Source of the DNA: an uncultured delta proteobacterium
GTDB lineage: Bacteria; Desulfobacterota; RBG-13-43-22
DNA: 64,000 nucleotides
Assembly: GCA_963843145.1 (NCBI GenBank)
Contig: CAWJJC010000028.1
Coordinates: 512,001-576,000, forward strand
Direction: 5' to 3'
Shown here: positions 29,436 to 40,209 of the stretch, in pieces
Layout: each line of letters opens with the position of its first letter
Numbering within the stretch: position 1 is the stretch's first letter
The notes under the pieces: generated by a model
What the model was told of the DNA's origin: nothing
Seen by the model: only the letters and a program-made list of their open reading frames with translations
Database searches by the model: none
Position numbers and translations under genes: made by a program

Positions 29436-29659
29436 ACGCTTCTGCAGGGTGGCGAACCAATTGGGATTGAATGGTCAAAAATAGGGGCAAGCTGCGCGAA
29501 CAAATTGACTTAAAAAAGATTGTTGCCAATCTTGCCTTCTAAAGAAGGGCTATATCGAGTTTTTTTGTGGCAAAAAGGGAGCTTCTCGAAAAAAAGTACG
29601 GCGTACGGCCTGAGGAAAGCGACATTCTTTTCCCGACCGAATCTGACAAGCCGCACGCC

Positions 29660-29777
29660 ATGGGGCAACGCCGCATTACGCAAGTACGCTCGTGCCCTTG
29701 GATGTAGCCTTGATTTGCGTCTGGTCAAGGACTCAGCCAAGGCAAAAATGCATAGTCGAACCGGTAGCTCCACCTAA
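29660..29777 (+). pseudogene. C-terminal remnant of XRE/HigA-like HTH protein
   Basis: LRKYARALGCSLDLRLV resembles XRE antitoxin C-termini; no intact N-terminus. Confidence 0.45.
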
Positions 29778-29970
29778 CGCCGAAGTATATAGGGCTAATT
29801 CCGTTAAGGTTTTCTCGTATCCCTCTTCCACTTCGCCGCGCTGGTGAGCCCCGTTTTGGCGTCACTTGCGGCGTCGCCATTGCGGCGTTGCCCCGGCGGG
29901 TCGATGCCTGACGATTTTAGATTACATGTTCCGGATATCGGTTATAATTGAATAGAAAGGAGGAAAGTCG

Positions 29971-30189
29971 ATGGCCACAGAATATACAGCAGTCATAAAA
30001 CAAGAAGGCGATTGGTGGGTTGGGTGGATAGAAGAGGTTCCCGGAGTAAACTGTCAGGAACGCAACCGTCAAGAACTAGTTGAAAGCCTGCGGGCAACCC
30101 TGCTGGAGGCAATCGAGTTTAACAGGCAAGATGCAATTGCGTCTGCAGGAATCGGATATCATGAAGAGAAAATAGCTATCCCCGCATGA
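29971..30189 (+). CDS. hicB: HicB-family antitoxin
   Basis: YTAVIKQEGDWWVGWIEEVPGVNCQ; AGGAGG RBS. Confidence 0.88.
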   Translation: MATEYTAVIKQEGDWWVGWIEEVPGVNCQERNRQELVESLRATLLEAIEFNRQDAIASAGIGYHEEKIAIPA

Positions 30190-30374
30190 AGAGAACAGAA
30201 TTCCTCAAGTACCTCAGAACACAAGGCTGTGGATTCATCAGAGAAGGAGCCCGGCATTCGTGGTGGGAGAACCCCCGCCAAAACAAACGTTCCTCCGTAC
30301 CGCGACATACTGAAATTAGTGAAAACCTCGCCAGAAAAATATGCAAAGACCTTGGAATTGAACCAAAAAAATAG
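30186..30374 (+). CDS. hicA: HicA-family toxin
   Basis: REGARH...VPRHTEI...KICKDLGI. Confidence 0.9.
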   Translation: MKRTEFLKYLRTQGCGFIREGARHSWWENPRQNKRSSVPRHTEISENLARKICKDLGIEPKK

Positions 30375-30401
30375 GCCCCAGCTAGCGATTTATATTTAAA
30401 C

Positions 30402-31367
30402 ATGAATGCCTTCAATGGGACCAAAGGCCCTGCCAGGATCTCCACCCCGAAGCCCGAACGCCGAACACTGAACGACTTGCCGCTTCCCTTCCCCAACCCC
30501 ATCCAGGTTCTCCGTCCCGATCTCGTTTTAGTCGATTACGGTCCCATGACCCTGACCATTTCGGCCTGGGCCGAGGGTGAGGCCCGGCCGGTCATTGCCT
30601 CCCGGGCCGCTGTTTTGGCGTTGGATATCCTGGAGGAGCTGGCGGCTGTTCAACCTTTATTGAAAGCACCGGTCGGACGGATCAAAAACCTGAAGGAGTG
30701 CTCGCCTATCCTTCGAAAGGCAATCCAACTAAGCCGAGCGGTTTCTCCGGAGTTGACCGGCCTGGCGTCCGTGGCGGGCCTGGCGGCCGACGCTGTTTTG
30801 GAGGAAGCGGTTCATTTAGGGGCCTCCCGGGTTATCGTCAACAACGGGGGCGATATTGCTCTGAAGGTTTCGGACGGGCACCCGGTCCGGGTGGGGATGA
30901 AAACGCATCCAGAAGGGGAGGTGACTCATTTTCTAGAGATAGCCGCGGAAAATAGCATCGGGGGGGTGGCAACCAGCGGCTGGACCGGGCGTTCTTTTTC
31001 CACTGGGGTAGCGGACGTGGTCACGGTTTGGGCGATGGACTGCGCGATCGCGGATGCCGCGGCAACCTGGATTGCGGCCCGGACAGATGTGAATTCCACC
31101 CGGGTGTCCAGGGCACCCGCCGGAGACCTCGATCCGGAGACCGATATTCCGCTGCTCAAAGTTACCCGGGAAGTCGGACGGCTTAACCCGAAGGAAAAAA
31201 AAGTGGCGTTGGAGACCGGCCTGGCGGAGGCTGGAAGGCTTGTCGCCAAGGGGATTATTCGGGGTGCCTTTTTAGCCGTTCAAGGGGAAACCCGCTGGAT
31301 CGGCGTTCGCGGGGGGCCGGAGCCGAAGCCTTTTATACGAAAAACGAGCGGTCAGGAGCCATTGTGA
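30402..31367 (+). CDS. UPF0280 / ApbE-superfamily protein
   Basis: GPMTL, VNNGGDIA, GGVATSG..GRSFS.G.ADVVTV, ADAAAT. Confidence 0.88.
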   Translation: MNAFNGTKGPARISTPKPERRTLNDLPLPFPNPIQVLRPDLVLVDYGPMTLTISAWAEGEARPVIASRAAVLALDILEELAAVQPLLKAPVGRIKNLKECSPILRKAIQLSRAVSPELTGLASVAGLAADAVLEEAVHLGASRVIVNNGGDIALKVSDGHPVRVGMKTHPEGEVTHFLEIAAENSIGGVATSGWTGRSFSTGVADVVTVWAMDCAIADAAATWIAARTDVNSTRVSRAPAGDLDPETDIPLLKVTREVGRLNPKEKKVALETGLAEAGRLVAKGIIRGAFLAVQGETRWIGVRGGPEPKPFIRKTSGQEPL

Positions 31368-31484
31368 ACCTGCTTTTGCGGTTCACCTTTTGAATTCACT
31401 TCAGATGGCGGGATGACGATGGGTAATGCTATTTCTATCTTTGAGCCCGTTAATAAAACCAGTGTGGACGTTCCCTTTTCGGCC

Positions 31485-32786
31485 TTATTGGGTGAGCGCC
31501 GGTAAAATGAGAGCCAGTTTGGGGAAAGAGCATTAAGAGGATGGCATTGATGATGATGGCGATCAGAAAGGGGAAGATCCCCTTAAAGATGGTCTCCAGG
31601 GGGAGCTCCGGAGCGATTCCCTTAATCACATAGACGTTGACCCCCACCGGGGGGGTAATGACCCCCATTTCACTGATCAGGACCACCATGACCCCGAACC
31701 AGATCGGGTCGAAGCCGAAACGGAGGACGACCGGATAGATGACCGGGACGGTCAGGACCACGAGGGCCATGGAGTCCATAAAACAGCCCCCACCAGATAC
31801 ATGAAAAGGATAATCCCCATAATCACGAACGGCGGCACGGGGAGCCCCGAGACCCAATCGGCCAGAATAAAGGGGATGGTGGTAACCGCCATGAAATGGC
31901 CGAAGAGCACGGCACAGGCGATAATGCACAGAACCATGCAGGAGGTCCGCAGTCCGCTCTGGGTCGCTTCCAGAAATACCCGCCAGTTGAACTCCCGGCG
32001 CACCAGGCCGATCACCAGGGCGCCGGCCGCCCCGATTCCTCCGGCCTGGGTGGGGGTAAACCAGCCCCAAAACAGTCCCCCGATCACCAGGCCGAATAAG
32101 AGAACGGATTCTCCGGCGTTTAAGGTCGCTTTTATCTTCACCCGCCAGGGTACCGAGTCCCCCCGGGGGGCCATCTCCGGATGGCGCCAGCAGATGAAGG
32201 CCACGGTCAGGACGAACAGGAAGGTCAGGATCAGGCCGGGGATGATCCCGGCCACAAAGAGCTTGCCGATGGATTGCTCGGTGATGATGCCATAGACCAG
32301 AAAGATGGTGCTGGGAGGGATCAGGATCCCCAAGGCCCCGGCGCTGGCGACACAGCCGGCGGCCAGCGTATCGGCATAGCCATAGCGTTTCATCTCGGGC
32401 AGGGCGATCTTGCCGATGGTGGCGGCGGTGGCGGCGGTGGAACCGCAGATGGCGGCAAACCCCCCGCAGGCCAGGACCGTGGCGATGGTCAAGCCCCCCC
32501 GCAGGCTGCCCATCAGGGCATAAGCGGCATCATAGAGTCTTTTCCCGATCCCGGCCGCGAAGGAGAAAGAACCCATGAGGATAAACATGGGGATGGCGCT
32601 CAGCGGGAAGGAAGAGAATTGTTCAAAAATATCCCGGGCCAGCAGCTTGCAAGCCGCCGGAAAGGAAACCAGGACGGAAAAGCCCGCCAAACCGACAAAG
32701 GCCATGGCAAAGGCGACGGGTAAACGGATTAAAAAGAGAAAGACCAGAAAGACGATGCCCAGGAGTCCAAGGCTAACGGGATCCAT
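31485..32786 (-). CDS. TRAP transporter large permease DctM (frameshifts near 31790 and 31522)
   Basis: AIPMFILMG, GALGILIPPS, DPIWFG, ITPPVG split over frames. Confidence 0.9.
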
Positions 32787-33288
32787 GCTTCACCACCTGG
32801 GACAAGGACTGGACCACTTCCAAAAGAAAAACCAGACAGACGGGCACGGCCGAGAGCGCGATCAAAAAGGCAAAGGGGTAAAAGGGGACCCGGGAGGTGG
32901 ACCCGATTTCCCCGGCTTTCAGCAGGGACTGACCGTAGAGCAGGCTCTGCCAGGCCAGCAGGGCAAAAACCGCCAGCCCCAGCAGGGAGCTGAAAGCGCT
33001 GATCAGTCCCCGGGGTCGGGGAGATAACCGGTCTAACAGGAAGTCCACCCGGATATGCTGGCCTTTCAAAAGGACGTAGGCGATCGGCGGGGCGATGGCC
33101 ACTACCTGAAAAAAGCCAATCACTTCGACGGCCCCGGGCATCGGCCAAAGAAGCAGTTTCGCCCCGACCACATCGACCAGATTGACCACAAACATGGCCA
33201 GAAAGCCAAACAACCCCACCCATTCCAAGGAGCGGCTCAGCGTGGTAATGAGCCGCTCCAGGGTACCTTGACGGTTGAGCACTTCCAT
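32773..33288 (-). CDS. TRAP transporter small permease DctQ
   Basis: Four TM segments, HIRVDFL. Confidence 0.9.
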   Translation of the reverse strand: MEVLNRQGTLERLITTLSRSLEWVGLFGFLAMFVVNLVDVVGAKLLLWPMPGAVEVIGFFQVVAIAPPIAYVLLKGQHIRVDFLLDRLSPRPRGLISAFSSLLGLAVFALLAWQSLLYGQSLLKAGEIGSTSRVPFYPFAFLIALSAVPVCLVFLLEVVQSLSQVVKHGSR

Positions 33289-33302
33289 GGGGTTCCGTGG
33301 CC

Positions 33303-34370
33303 CTATTTCACCCGCACGGCGGCCGGACCGGTGGCGGACTTGACCCCCGCTTCGATTTGCTTTTTGGTCCAGAAATCGATCCGTTGTCCGATGAAGTCCA
33401 GCCAGCTCCGGACTTCCGGCTCCGGGTAGCCGACGCCGACCATGGATTTGACGTACTTATCCAGGACCGGATGCACGGCTTGCTTCCAGCGCGTGACCTG
33501 GTCCGGGGACAACTCCGAAATCTTCAGCCCTTTTTCCAGACCGTATTTTTTGCCATCGGTATCGGCGTTGTTCCACATGACCGCGAATTTTTCTTCGAAG
33601 GGATATTCATTGAAAATCTTTTGGATGTCGGGCGGAAGCTTGGCCCAGACCTCCTTGTTCATGATCAGGTAAAAGGTATACACCTGGCCGATAGGCCAAC
33701 ATTCCGTGGCGTATTTGGCCACCTCGGCCAACCGAAAGGCCCGCAGGGTTTCCATGGGGATCAGCAACCCGTCGATCACATGTTTGCTGACCGCTTCATA
33801 GGCCTCCGGCATGGGGATGGCCCGGGCCGTCCCGCCCAGGGCCGTGACCGATTCGGCGATATACCCCAGTCCCCGCAGCGTCATGCCCTTCAGGTCTTCC
33901 AATTTCATTACCGGCTTGGTGGCCGACAGGACCACGTTCGGCGGGCTGGTATGCATGGAGAGCATATGAATCTTGTCCCATTCCTTGGGTTTGAATTTCC
34001 GGAAATAATCGTTGGCCACATGATTGGCCACCCAGGCATCGGGAAAGCCGATGGGCAGGTCCAGGGCTTCGGTCTCCTTGAAACGACCAAAGGTATAGGC
34101 GACGTTGGAAAGTCCGATATCCCCGATCCCTTCCACGACCCCGTCGTACATCTTAGGGGCGCTGAGCAGGGTGCCTCCGGGGAAATAGCGGAACTTCACC
34201 CGGCCGCCCGTTCGGGCCTCCAGGTCTTTGATCATTTCTTCGCAAATCTTGGATTGATTCGAGGGGGCCGGAAAGTAATTGCAGAATTTCAACTCGATGG
34301 CCGCCGAGGCGAGGGAAGGTACCACCAAACCCAAAACCAGTAGACAGGAAACAAATAGCTTCTTGCTCAT
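33303..34370 (-). CDS. TRAP substrate-binding protein DctP
   Basis: Signal peptide, RTGGRV..YFPGGTL, EDLKGMTLR, WAKLPPDIQ. Confidence 0.92.
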   Translation of the reverse strand: MSKKLFVSCLLVLGLVVPSLASAAIELKFCNYFPAPSNQSKICEEMIKDLEARTGGRVKFRYFPGGTLLSAPKMYDGVVEGIGDIGLSNVAYTFGRFKETEALDLPIGFPDAWVANHVANDYFRKFKPKEWDKIHMLSMHTSPPNVVLSATKPVMKLEDLKGMTLRGLGYIAESVTALGGTARAIPMPEAYEAVSKHVIDGLLIPMETLRAFRLAEVAKYATECWPIGQVYTFYLIMNKEVWAKLPPDIQKIFNEYPFEEKFAVMWNNADTDGKKYGLEKGLKISELSPDQVTRWKQAVHPVLDKYVKSMVGVGYPEPEVRSWLDFIGQRIDFWTKKQIEAGVKSATGPAAVRVK

Positions 34371-34516
34371 GACTGTAAACCTCCTGGGAATAAGATGAAT
34401 GGAATGGGAGTTGCCTCACTTTTCCAATAAAGGGAATCGAACACCCGATTGGTTGGCGATTGAAAACCGATTTCACCTCCTCTCCAGCCGATTTGTTGAA
34501 CCGAAAAAGAGGCGGA

Positions 34517-36190
34517 CTATTCCTGCCTTTCCCGCCGCAGTTTTTCCTGGATGATTTCTCTTAACCGTTTTTTGTCCACTTTCCCCACCGGGGTCAAGGG
34601 AAGTTCCTCAACCGTTTCCAACCGTTCGGGGAAAAAGAGGACGGAAACTTTCTGCCGCCTAAGATAGGAAAGGATGTCTTCCAGGGTGATGGCCGCCCCT
34701 TTACTGGGTTTGACAAAGGCACAGACTTTTTCCCCGAAAGTCGGGTCAGACATTCCCACCACCGACACCTGTTCCACTTGAGGATGGCCGCCGACCAACT
34801 CCTCCACTTCCCGGGCGCCGATATTTTCTCCCCCGCGGATGATGATGTCCTTGCGGCGACCGGTCAGGATGATCCGGCCTTCCGGGTCGAAGCGGGCGAT
34901 GTCCCCGGTTCGAAAAAATCCGTCCGGGGTAAAGGCCAGACGGTTTTCTTCCTCCGAACGATAGTAGCCTCGAAAGATGCAGGGGCCTCTGGTCACCAGC
35001 TCACCTTCAGCCGTTGGGGGCAGATCCTGGCCGGCCGGGTCGATTAATTTGAATTCATCGTAGGGGCAAATGGGCCGACCGACCGATTGCCGGACAGCCT
35101 CATCCGGATCTTCATAACGGGTTTGGGCACAGGGTCCTTCAGAGCTCCCATAGACATTGTAGAATTTGCACCCGATCCGATCCCTGACCCGCTGGACCAG
35201 TTCGGCGGGCACGTGGGATCCGGCCCCGGCAATGACCTGCAAGGATGAAAGGTTGAATTCCTTTAAGTCCGGATAGTCGAGGATCGCGTGAAGCTGGGCG
35301 ACCACCAGGATGGTGGTGGTTATCCGCTCCCGCTCAATGGCCTCTAAAATCTCTTTCGGGCGCGTAGAGGGGAGAAGGACTACTTTTCCGCCAAAGAGAA
35401 TCGTGGGATTCAAGGAAACTTCTATCGCCATATTGTGGGTCAGGGGGGTGGCGATCAGGGTAATATCGCGGGCACTTCGCTCCCAGGCCCTGGCTCGGAA
35501 TTCCACATTGCACAGAAAGTCGTTATGGGTCCGGGGGACTATCTTCGGTCGGCCGGTCGTTCCCCCGGTAGGCATCAAATGACAGATTTCGCCGGGCTCG
35601 GGTTTAAAGGAAGGCAGATGGTCCGCTGGAACCGAAGCCGGGTCCGAGCAGTTAAGAAGATGGTTAAAGGAGAGCGTCCCGCTGGGGAGGGGCCCGTCGT
35701 AGGTCGGGGAAGGGGGGATCACCAGCATTTTTTCCAGGGAAGGGCATCGGGATTGAAGGCCCTGGATCAGCGCTTCATAATCGGTCTTCTCGAAACGGAG
35801 GGGGCCGATCCAGGCCCGGGATTCGGTGACGGCGGCAAAATGTTCCATTTCCCGGAGCGAGTAGCGGGGGAGGCAAAAGACGGGGATGGCCCCGATCTTT
35901 TGCAGCCCGAAATAGGCAAAAACGAATTCCGGCCAATTGGGAAGTTGCAGGAGGACCCGGTCCAGCCGGCCCAGGCCGGCTTCCAGAAAGGCCAAAGCGG
36001 CCCGGTCGCTCCACTCCCGAAGTTGGAGGTAGGTGAACCGTCTTTCACCGGCGACCAGGGCCTCTTTGGTGGGATAGAGGTCCGTGGTCCTATCCAACAT
36101 CTCCCCGAAGGTTATTCCGGGCCACCAGTGGTTTTTTAAATAGCGGTCGGCATATTCCGGAGGATACGTTGGGGCGCCGGGCAGTTGCAT
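34517..36190 (-). CDS. aryl-acid adenylating enzyme, DhbE/EntE-like (probable aryl-CoA ligase)
   Basis: YPPEYADRY..WW N-terminus, TGGTTGRPKIVPRTHNDF, YGSSEG, FFRTGD, RGGENI, LTPVGKVDK. Confidence 0.88.
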   Translation of the reverse strand: MQLPGAPTYPPEYADRYLKNHWWPGITFGEMLDRTTDLYPTKEALVAGERRFTYLQLREWSDRAALAFLEAGLGRLDRVLLQLPNWPEFVFAYFGLQKIGAIPVFCLPRYSLREMEHFAAVTESRAWIGPLRFEKTDYEALIQGLQSRCPSLEKMLVIPPSPTYDGPLPSGTLSFNHLLNCSDPASVPADHLPSFKPEPGEICHLMPTGGTTGRPKIVPRTHNDFLCNVEFRARAWERSARDITLIATPLTHNMAIEVSLNPTILFGGKVVLLPSTRPKEILEAIERERITTTILVVAQLHAILDYPDLKEFNLSSLQVIAGAGSHVPAELVQRVRDRIGCKFYNVYGSSEGPCAQTRYEDPDEAVRQSVGRPICPYDEFKLIDPAGQDLPPTAEGELVTRGPCIFRGYYRSEEENRLAFTPDGFFRTGDIARFDPEGRIILTGRRKDIIIRGGENIGAREVEELVGGHPQVEQVSVVGMSDPTFGEKVCAFVKPSKGAAITLEDILSYLRRQKVSVLFFPERLETVEELPLTPVGKVDKKRLREIIQEKLRRERQE

Positions 36191-36209
36191 GTCGATATAC
36201 CCTTTCTTA

Positions 36210-36365
36210 GATGACGGACTCGGAAAAGTCCGTCAGCAGCCCGAGCGCGATTAAGCGCCGGGCTGGGGTAGGGGTGGGACCATTTGAATTCACTTCAAAT
36301 GGCGGGGGAGGGGAAGCCCTCCCCCGACGAGCAGAAAGTCGTTTTTTGACTTTTGCGAGGTCATC
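36210..36365. mobile_element. TIR MITE (GATG..CGCAAAAAGTC family) carrying a GTAG-type REP insert
   Basis: GATGAC...GAAAAGTC / GACTTTTGCGAGGTCATC ends flanked by TTA; shorter copy at 41003-41092. Confidence 0.75.
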
Positions 36366-36470
36366 TTAGATGGATCGGTGCTTGTTAGGAGACGGTTTCA
36401 GTCGGTCTTTTTCAATCCGGAGGAAGACCCCATCGGCACTGCTTCCCAGAGTATAGCCCAAGAGAATAGC

Positions 36471-38755
36471 TTATTTCTTCTCCCGGCGCAAAGCCTCCAG
36501 GATATTCTCCGGTGTTACCGGGAGTTCCATGAAATCGACCCCGATGGCGTCATAAATGGCGTTGACGATGGCCGGGGCCGGGGACAACTGAGTCCCTTCA
36601 CCCGCTTCTTTGGCCCCGAAAGGCCCGACCGGGTCGTCGGTCTCTATATCGATGGCCCCGATTTCCGGCATCTCCATAAAAGTGGGGAAACCGTAGTCCA
36701 GAAAGGAGGGGTTCATCACCTGTCCCTTTTCCACGATGATGTTTTCATAAAGGGCCTGGCCCATGCCGCCGACCACGGAGCCTTCCAGTTGCCCCTCCAC
36801 CAACATGGGGTTGATGGCCCGGCCGCAGTCATGGGCGGTGACCATCTTCAGGAGCTTGATTTTACCGGTATCCAGGTCCACCTCCACTTCGGCGGCTTGG
36901 GTCATGAAGGAATAGCTGGGGGCGAAGTTGCCGTCCTGCTGGAACAGGGTGGTCGGTTCGGTGGACGGAGCAAACCAGGCGGCCCGGCCCACGATGGGCA
37001 TCGGCAAATCGGCATATTGATAGCCCTTGATGGCCTTCTTCAAGGACATCCCGCGGTCCGGCGAGCCGTTGACAAAGATCATCCGGTCCCGGGCCACCAG
37101 ATCCTCCGGGCTAGCCTCCAACTTGTCGGCCACGAATTGGAAGAGTTTGCCCCGCACTTCCTCGGCCGCCAGACGGGCGGCATTCCCGGCCCGCACCGTG
37201 ACCCCGCTGCCGAAGGTGCCGGGGTCCAGCGGCGTCAGCCCGGTATCGGCGGCGGTGATCCGGATGTCCTCCAAGGTTACGCCGAGCACCTCGGCCACGA
37301 TCTGGGAGATGACCGTTTCCGCACCCTGACCGATGTCCGCGGCCCCTGAAAGGACGTTAACGGCCCCGTCCTGACCCATCTGGACCACCGAGCCGGAGCT
37401 GATGTGGCTCATGTTGCTGACCCCGCTGGGAAAGGAGGCGCCGGCCAGGCCCACCCCTCTCCCCCGGGGGAGTTTTCCCCGTTTCTCTTTCCAGCCGATG
37501 GCTTCGGCCGCCAGTTTCAAGGAGTCGTAAAAGCCGCAGGAGTTGATAATGAATTTGGCCGGGTGGGGTTCCCCGGCATGGATGCTGTTTTTCAGCCGCA
37601 GCTCCACCGGGTCCACCCCGATTCGTTCGGCGATCAGATCCAACTGGCGTTCCACGGCGAAACGGGCCTGGGGAATACCATGCCCCCGCATGGCCCCGCC
37701 CACCGGTTTATTGGTGTAGACATGATGGCCTTCGTAGATCAGGTTGGGTACCCGGTAGGGGATCATCAGAAAGTAGCAGGAAAGGGCCATCATCGTCGGG
37801 GCGGTGCTATTGAAGGCCCCGCCGTCGGCATGGGCCAGGAACTGCTGACCCATGATGGTCCCGTCCTTCTTCACGCCCGTCTTGACCGTAATGTACATGG
37901 GGTGTCGTTGCCGGGTGGAGATGAAAACCTCTTCCCGGTCGTAGAGGAACTTCACGGGTTTACCGGTCTGGCGGGCGAACCAGGCCGCGCAGAAATCCTT
38001 GGCGAACATGTCGATCTTCTGGCCGAAACCGCCCCCCACCTTGGGCTTGATCACCCGGACCTTGCTCTCGGGGATCATCAAAGTGAAGGCCAGGTTCCGG
38101 CGCAGGAAAAAGGGGATCTGGGTGGAGGAATAGAGGATAATTTCCCCTTTGAGCGGATCGTATTGAGCAACGGCGGCATGCGGCTCCAGGGGGGCATGAT
38201 TGACCGCCTGGGAATAGAACCGGTCTTCAAAAACGAAGTCGCTTTCCTGAAAGGCCTTTTCCACATTCCCGAATTCCTTGCGGATGGAAAAAGAGGTGTT
38301 GTTGGGCGACCCCGTCGTGGATCGATGGGCGCTCCTTCCTTAATGGCCTCCAGGGGGTCGAAGACGGCGGGGAGTTCCTCATAGTCCACCCGGATCAGCT
38401 CCAAGGCTTCTTCGGCAATCTCCGGGTCCAGGGCACAGACGGCGGCCACGTCATCACCAATGTAGCGCACTTTTCCCCGGGCCAGGGCGTGCTCGTCATG
38501 GGCCTTGGGGACGATGCCGTAGACGCGGTCCGGAATATCCTCTCCGGTCACTACCCCTTTTACGCCGGGGAGCTTCTCGGCCCGGGAGGTGTCGATGTGA
38601 AGTATCCGGGCGTGGGCCAAGGGGCTCCGTAAGATTTTTCCGTGCAACATCCCCGGCAAGAGGATATCGTCCGTGAACTGGGCCGTGCCTTTAGCCTTGG
38701 CGGCCGCGTCGTGCATCGGCAATCGTTGACCGACTACGTTGAATGTTGTTCCCAT
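36471..38755 (-). CDS. 4-hydroxybenzoyl-CoA-reductase-like molybdopterin subunit (HcrA-like; frameshift near 38310)
   Basis: GGGFG, GAMRGHG, GAKEAGEG characteristic of HcrA-type proteins. Confidence 0.85.
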
Positions 38756-39232
38756 TTAGGCCTCCTTCCCGGTCGGCGTCCGGACGCTCATCACCGCCTC
38801 AACCACTTTTTTATAGCCGGTGCAGCGGCAGAGATTGCCCGCCATTTTTTTCTTGATGGTTTCCTCGGTGGGCCGGGGATCTTCCTGCAATATGGCCTGG
38901 GCGGTGAGGATCATGCCCGGCGTGCAGAATCCACATTGCAGCGCTCCCTGGTCCACAAAGGCCTGCTGCAGGGGATGGAGTTCCCCGGTTTCGCTCAGAC
39001 CCTCGATGGTGGTTATTTGTTTTCCCACGGCATCCAGGGCCAGCATCAGGCAGGAAAGAGCGGCCTCCCCGTCGATCAGGACCGTACAGGCCCCGCAGGC
39101 CCCCAGGTCGCAGCCCCGCTTAGTACCCATCAGCCCCAGTTTTTCCCGTAAGACCTCCAATAAGGTATTATTGGGGGAAACCAGGATCTCGTAGTGGTCT
39201 CCGTTGATCTGAAGTTCGATGGCGGTTTTCAT
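38756..39232 (-). CDS. 2x[2Fe-2S] subunit (HcrC-like)
   Basis: GCDLGACGAC, QCGFCTPG, GNLCRCTGY. Confidence 0.9.
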   Translation of the reverse strand: MKTAIELQINGDHYEILVSPNNTLLEVLREKLGLMGTKRGCDLGACGACTVLIDGEAALSCLMLALDAVGKQITTIEGLSETGELHPLQQAFVDQGALQCGFCTPGMILTAQAILQEDPRPTEETIKKKMAGNLCRCTGYKKVVEAVMSVRTPTGKEA

Positions 39233-40197
39233 CTATTCATCTCCTTTTTCAGCACGCTGCGCAGCAGGCGGCCCATCAGCGTTCTTTTATAAGACGGCGC
39301 ATAAAGGGAATTCTTGACCGGGGAGGCGTCTTTGGGGGCTAATTGCGCGGCTTCCTCCACGACTTCCGGGGTAAGAGATTTGCCGTTTAGAAAGGCTTCC
39401 ACCTGCCGGCCTCTGACCGGGCGGCGGTCCACAGCGGTGAAGGCGAGGCGGTATTCCTTTTTATCCGGGGAGGCGTGAAAGGCCAGCCCGACGATCGGGA
39501 AATCGATGCTTTCCCGGTTGGCGAATTTGACGTAGTTCGAAAAACCCCCCGTCGAAGTCGCGGGGACCATGACTTCGGTTAAAATCTCCCCCCGTTCCAA
39601 GGACAGGGGGGCTCGGCCGTCTCCGGAAAAAAAGTCTTGCAAAAGAACCTCGCGCGATCGCTTCCGGCCCTTTAAAAGAACCTTGGCCTCCAGGACCAAG
39701 AGGGCCGGGGCCAGGTCCCCGCAGTAACTGGAATAGCAGGCCTCCTGCTTCTGGACCACGTGGCAGACGTTCCCGCCCACCTTGAAGCAGGGGGCATTGG
39801 CGCTACGCCACCATTGAGACTGGTTGAAGAACTTGCAGCGATTCTGCTGGCAGAGATTCCCGCCGATAGTCCCCATGACCTGATGATGATAGGAACCCAC
39901 CGCCGAGGCGGCCTGGACCAGAACCGGCGCGGATTCCGAGATCGTCGGGTCCTGATAAATTTTTTTGAGGGGTGTCAGGGCGCCGATCCTCAGGGCGTCC
40001 TTCTCCGGCCGGATATAGTCAAGGCCTTTAATTTTTTTAATATTCACCAGGGTCGTCGGCAGTTCGACCCGATGTTTCATATTAACCAGCAGGTCCGTTC
40101 CGCCGGCGAACACCTTGGCCCCCGGGTCGTCCAAAAGCAGGGAAGAGGCTTCTTCGAGGCTTTCGGGCTCCAGATAGTTGAATTTTGGCAGTCTCAC
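39229..40197 (-). CDS. FAD subunit with extra [4Fe-4S] loop (HcrB-like)
   Basis: AGGTDL; GNLCQQNRCKFFNQSQWWRSANAPCFKVGGNVCHV..C insertion typical of 4-HBCR beta subunit. Confidence 0.9.
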   Translation of the reverse strand: MRLPKFNYLEPESLEEASSLLLDDPGAKVFAGGTDLLVNMKHRVELPTTLVNIKKIKGLDYIRPEKDALRIGALTPLKKIYQDPTISESAPVLVQAASAVGSYHHQVMGTIGGNLCQQNRCKFFNQSQWWRSANAPCFKVGGNVCHVVQKQEACYSSYCGDLAPALLVLEAKVLLKGRKRSREVLLQDFFSGDGRAPLSLERGEILTEVMVPATSTGGFSNYVKFANRESIDFPIVGLAFHASPDKKEYRLAFTAVDRRPVRGRQVEAFLNGKSLTPEVVEEAAQLAPKDASPVKNSLYAPSYKRTLMGRLLRSVLKKEMNR

Positions 40198-40209
40198 CGC
40201 GTCCTCCTT

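Noticed and set aside
29772-29810. Complete attC site / integron
   Set aside because: ACCTAAC to GTTAAGG spans only about 40 bp with no L boxes; no integrase
34517-36190. Siderophore biosynthesis cluster
   Set aside because: No isochorismate synthase, aryl carrier protein, NRPS or TonB receptor; context is catabolic
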